From NCBI GenBank assembly GCA_902384455.1, contig CABMCB010000072.1, forward strand, positions 1 to 48,653: a DNA stretch of 48,653 nucleotides, written 5' to 3'. This document shows, one piece after another, positions 46,462 to 48,653 of this stretch. This stretch comes from an uncultured archaeon. GTDB taxonomy: Archaea; Altiarchaeota; Altiarchaeia; IMC4; SCGC-AAA252-I15. Both the position numbers and the translations under genes were made by a program. A model generated the notes under the pieces. It worked only from the letters and a program-made list of their open reading frames with translations, was not told the origin of the DNA and searched no databases. Every line of letters starts with the position of its first letter. Position 1 is the stretch's first letter.

Positions 46462-47100
46462 ATGAAAGTCAAAGTTGAGCTTTGGGTCGCAGGCTTAGTT
46501 GCGCTTTCAGTGCTTGTCGGCGTATACGCATATCCTCGTATGCCCGATTTGATGGCCTCCCATTGGGACGCTCGCGGGGAAGTCAACGGTCACATGTCGA
46601 AGTTTTGGGGCGTGTTTCTGTTGCCTATTGTGCTTGCCGGAGTTGGCGGTATTCTTTTGGTTTTGCCGCGTATTGATCCGCTTAGGAAAAATATTGAGTC
46701 TTTCAGGGATTATTTCGATAGGTTCATCATTTTGATTTCCCTGTTTTTGTTTGTTGTCTACGTGCATACTCTCCTGTGGAATGCTGGCGTCATGTTGAAT
46801 ACGATGGTTTTGGTTTCAGTGGGTTTGGCCGCCGTATTTTATTATTTGGGTGTTTTGCTTCCTCACGCTAAGAGGAATTGGACTGTTGGAATTCGGACGC
46901 CGTGGACTTTAAGCAGCGAAGTCGTCTGGGATAAGACTCATGCGCTTGGGGGGAAGCTGTACAAGGCGATGGGTGTGATTGCTTTGTTGGGGGTTTTCGT
47001 TCCTCAGTATACTCTGGTGGTCGTAGTGGTCCCTATAATCGCTCTTTCTTTTTATCTCATAGTCTACTCTTTCTTGGAGTTCAGGAAATTGGAGAAGTGA
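46462..47100 (+). CDS. DUF1648/SdpI family membrane protein
   Basis: MPD.MASHW...GEVNG, IDP, NWTVGIRTPWTLSSE.VW.KTH. Confidence 0.88.
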   Translation: MKVKVELWVAGLVALSVLVGVYAYPRMPDLMASHWDARGEVNGHMSKFWGVFLLPIVLAGVGGILLVLPRIDPLRKNIESFRDYFDRFIILISLFLFVVYVHTLLWNAGVMLNTMVLVSVGLAAVFYYLGVLLPHAKRNWTVGIRTPWTLSSEVVWDKTHALGGKLYKAMGVIALLGVFVPQYTLVVVVVPIIALSFYLIVYSFLEFRKLEK

Positions 47101-47140
47101 TGTTTTTCTGATTTAAGGGCGTACTGCGGGGTATTTAATC

Positions 47141-48653
47141 ATGTTGAAGACGCCTCAAGGGAACGGTGACGTTGGACGGCAGAATACGGCTGGTGAGGGG
47201 GTCTTAAGTTCTGATTCGTCGGGTTTAGCGCCTGAGTGTATTGTTTCGGGCGGGGCAGGTAGCATAAGCAAGTTAGAGGGATCTAAGGGGGTTTTTGGGC
47301 GTACTTTTGCGCCGGACTCGCTTAGAGCGGGTATTACTTTTGCCGGGCAAACTTGGGCTGACGCCAACTACGCGACGTTTCCTGCCTTTTCTTCGACCCT
47401 CATAAGCGACCACGCTATGACCTACTACCACGTGAAGAAGCTTCAGGCGGTGGATGCATTGCCTCATTCTGATATTGTCGTCGTATTCAGAGATACACAC
47501 AGAGACGACCACATTCCAAGGATCCCCTCTCCTATTAATCCCACTCTAGAACAAGCTTTGGATTACCAGCAAAAAGAGGTGCACTCAGTCAACTTTAAGG
47601 CACCCCTTGTCGGCGACGGAAGCATAGGCGTCTTAGTTGAAGTCATACCAGACCGAATAAATTCCGTGCAATTAGGTAGTCGCATAATAAGCAGCCGCCT
47701 TTGGGACGCCAAAGGCGACCAGAGATCGGACGAACTATGGGACATGCCCGCACCCGAGGCCGATAAAAAAGGCGTTTTGATCGTCCGATGTAGGGAACGT
47801 GAAGTCCCGGAAATCCTGCGCGAACTTTCTGGGGGGAGGCCACATGTTTTTAGGGGGCGGGTTTTGCATCTTGTTGATGATGATGCTTTTGTTGTTGATC
47901 CTGTGGCTAGTCCTAGTCATGAGACTTCTCCTGTTGTTGATCACAGGCAGATTGAGTTGTTTAGGGAGACTCAGCGTCATCTTGTGGAGATGGGTTTGGG
48001 GGCTGCTCCTTCGGTTGTGAGTTTGCTTGGTTGTTCTATTGAAGGGAATAGTTTTGTGCCTCCTGTTAGTGTCGGTTACATTGGGAACGAGGTTGCTGAA
48101 GTTCTTGCGGGAGGATTCAGTGTTCCCGTAGTAAGAAGTGAACCTCATAGGGATGGGCGGGTTGAGATTGAGCGGCAGATGGACGATTCTAAAACTAGGT
48201 CTCATGCTTTTGTTGCTGCTGCTGTGTATGGAGACGAGTGGTCTGATCGTCATTTGAGGGCGGCTGCTGGGGATGGGGATTCTTCAGTTAGGGCTGATGT
48301 TGCTTCTGCTTTGGCTTGTAGTCCGTCTCCTGTTGCAAGGGGGCTTTCTGAGCGGCTGCTTGGGGATGAGGCGTCTGCGGTGCGTGCTGCTGCGGCGAAG
48401 GGTGTGTTTCTATGGGAGGGTTTAGCTGCTTTGCGTCGTTTGGTTGCGTTTTTCTTGGAAGAGCAGCGCAGGTTTGCTGCGACGGCTTTAGTGAACGGGA
48501 CCTACGGTCCTGTTGGCGGTGGGTTTTTCGTGGACGGCACTAGGCAAGCTCATATTGATGTGGTCGGCGTTTTGCATGACGAATTCTCTAATCTACTCCA
48601 TCACCTTGACGACGGCGGTAGGGCTTCAGTCACAAAGTTTAAGGGCGCATTAA
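47141..48653 (+). CDS. Partial CDS (runs off right edge); HEAT-repeat-containing hypothetical protein
   Basis: Not in the ORF track. Frame open from ATG 47141 to the end (504 codons); HEAT-like LRAAAGDGDSSVRADVASAL and LLGDEASAVRAAAAKG. Confidence 0.7.
   Translation, partial: MLKTPQGNGDVGRQNTAGEGVLSSDSSGLAPECIVSGGAGSISKLEGSKGVFGRTFAPDSLRAGITFAGQTWADANYATFPAFSSTLISDHAMTYYHVKKLQAVDALPHSDIVVVFRDTHRDDHIPRIPSPINPTLEQALDYQQKEVHSVNFKAPLVGDGSIGVLVEVIPDRINSVQLGSRIISSRLWDAKGDQRSDELWDMPAPEADKKGVLIVRCREREVPEILRELSGGRPHVFRGRVLHLVDDDAFVVDPVASPSHETSPVVDHRQIELFRETQRHLVEMGLGAAPSVVSLLGCSIEGNSFVPPVSVGYIGNEVAEVLAGGFSVPVVRSEPHRDGRVEIERQMDDSKTRSHAFVAAAVYGDEWSDRHLRAAAGDGDSSVRADVASALACSPSPVARGLSERLLGDEASAVRAAAAKGVFLWEGLAALRRLVAFFLEEQRRFAATALVNGTYGPVGGGFFVDGTRQAHIDVVGVLHDEFSNLLHHLDDGGRASVTKFKGAL

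Overview
Archaeal chromosomal segment (archaeal-type ThrRS, prefoldin-alpha next to ftsY, TATA-box promoters, AGC-type lipoproteins); a DPANN-like lineage such as Altiarchaeota/Micrarchaeota is plausible but not demonstrable from sequence alone. The window is dominated by metal and sulfur homeostasis genes: a Zn/Mn ABC importer with a divergent NikR-fold regulator, full-length MetE, feoAB, a Cys-rich XRE/HTH regulator, a complete sufBDSUC operon, korAB, cysK-cysE, cysS, tRNA-Cys, serS, a CuA cupredoxin, ferritin and an HMA-tailed membrane protein. The best candidate for an undescribed system is a 14-bp palindrome (consensus TTAACTATCGTTAA). It recurs at the promoters of feoAB, the Cys-rich HTH gene itself, sufBDSUC, cysK-cysE and the ferritin/cupredoxin pair, suggesting an IscR-like Fe/Fe-S/cysteine regulon run by an uncharacterised archaeal regulator. 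Other notable items: a wHTH gene with its own operator followed by a ~270-bp array of GC hairpins, a helically phased GTTTCA array upstream of a membrane-HTH module, and abrupt intragenic A/C versus G/T strand-skew flips. No CRISPR, rRNA, integrase or transposase was seen.
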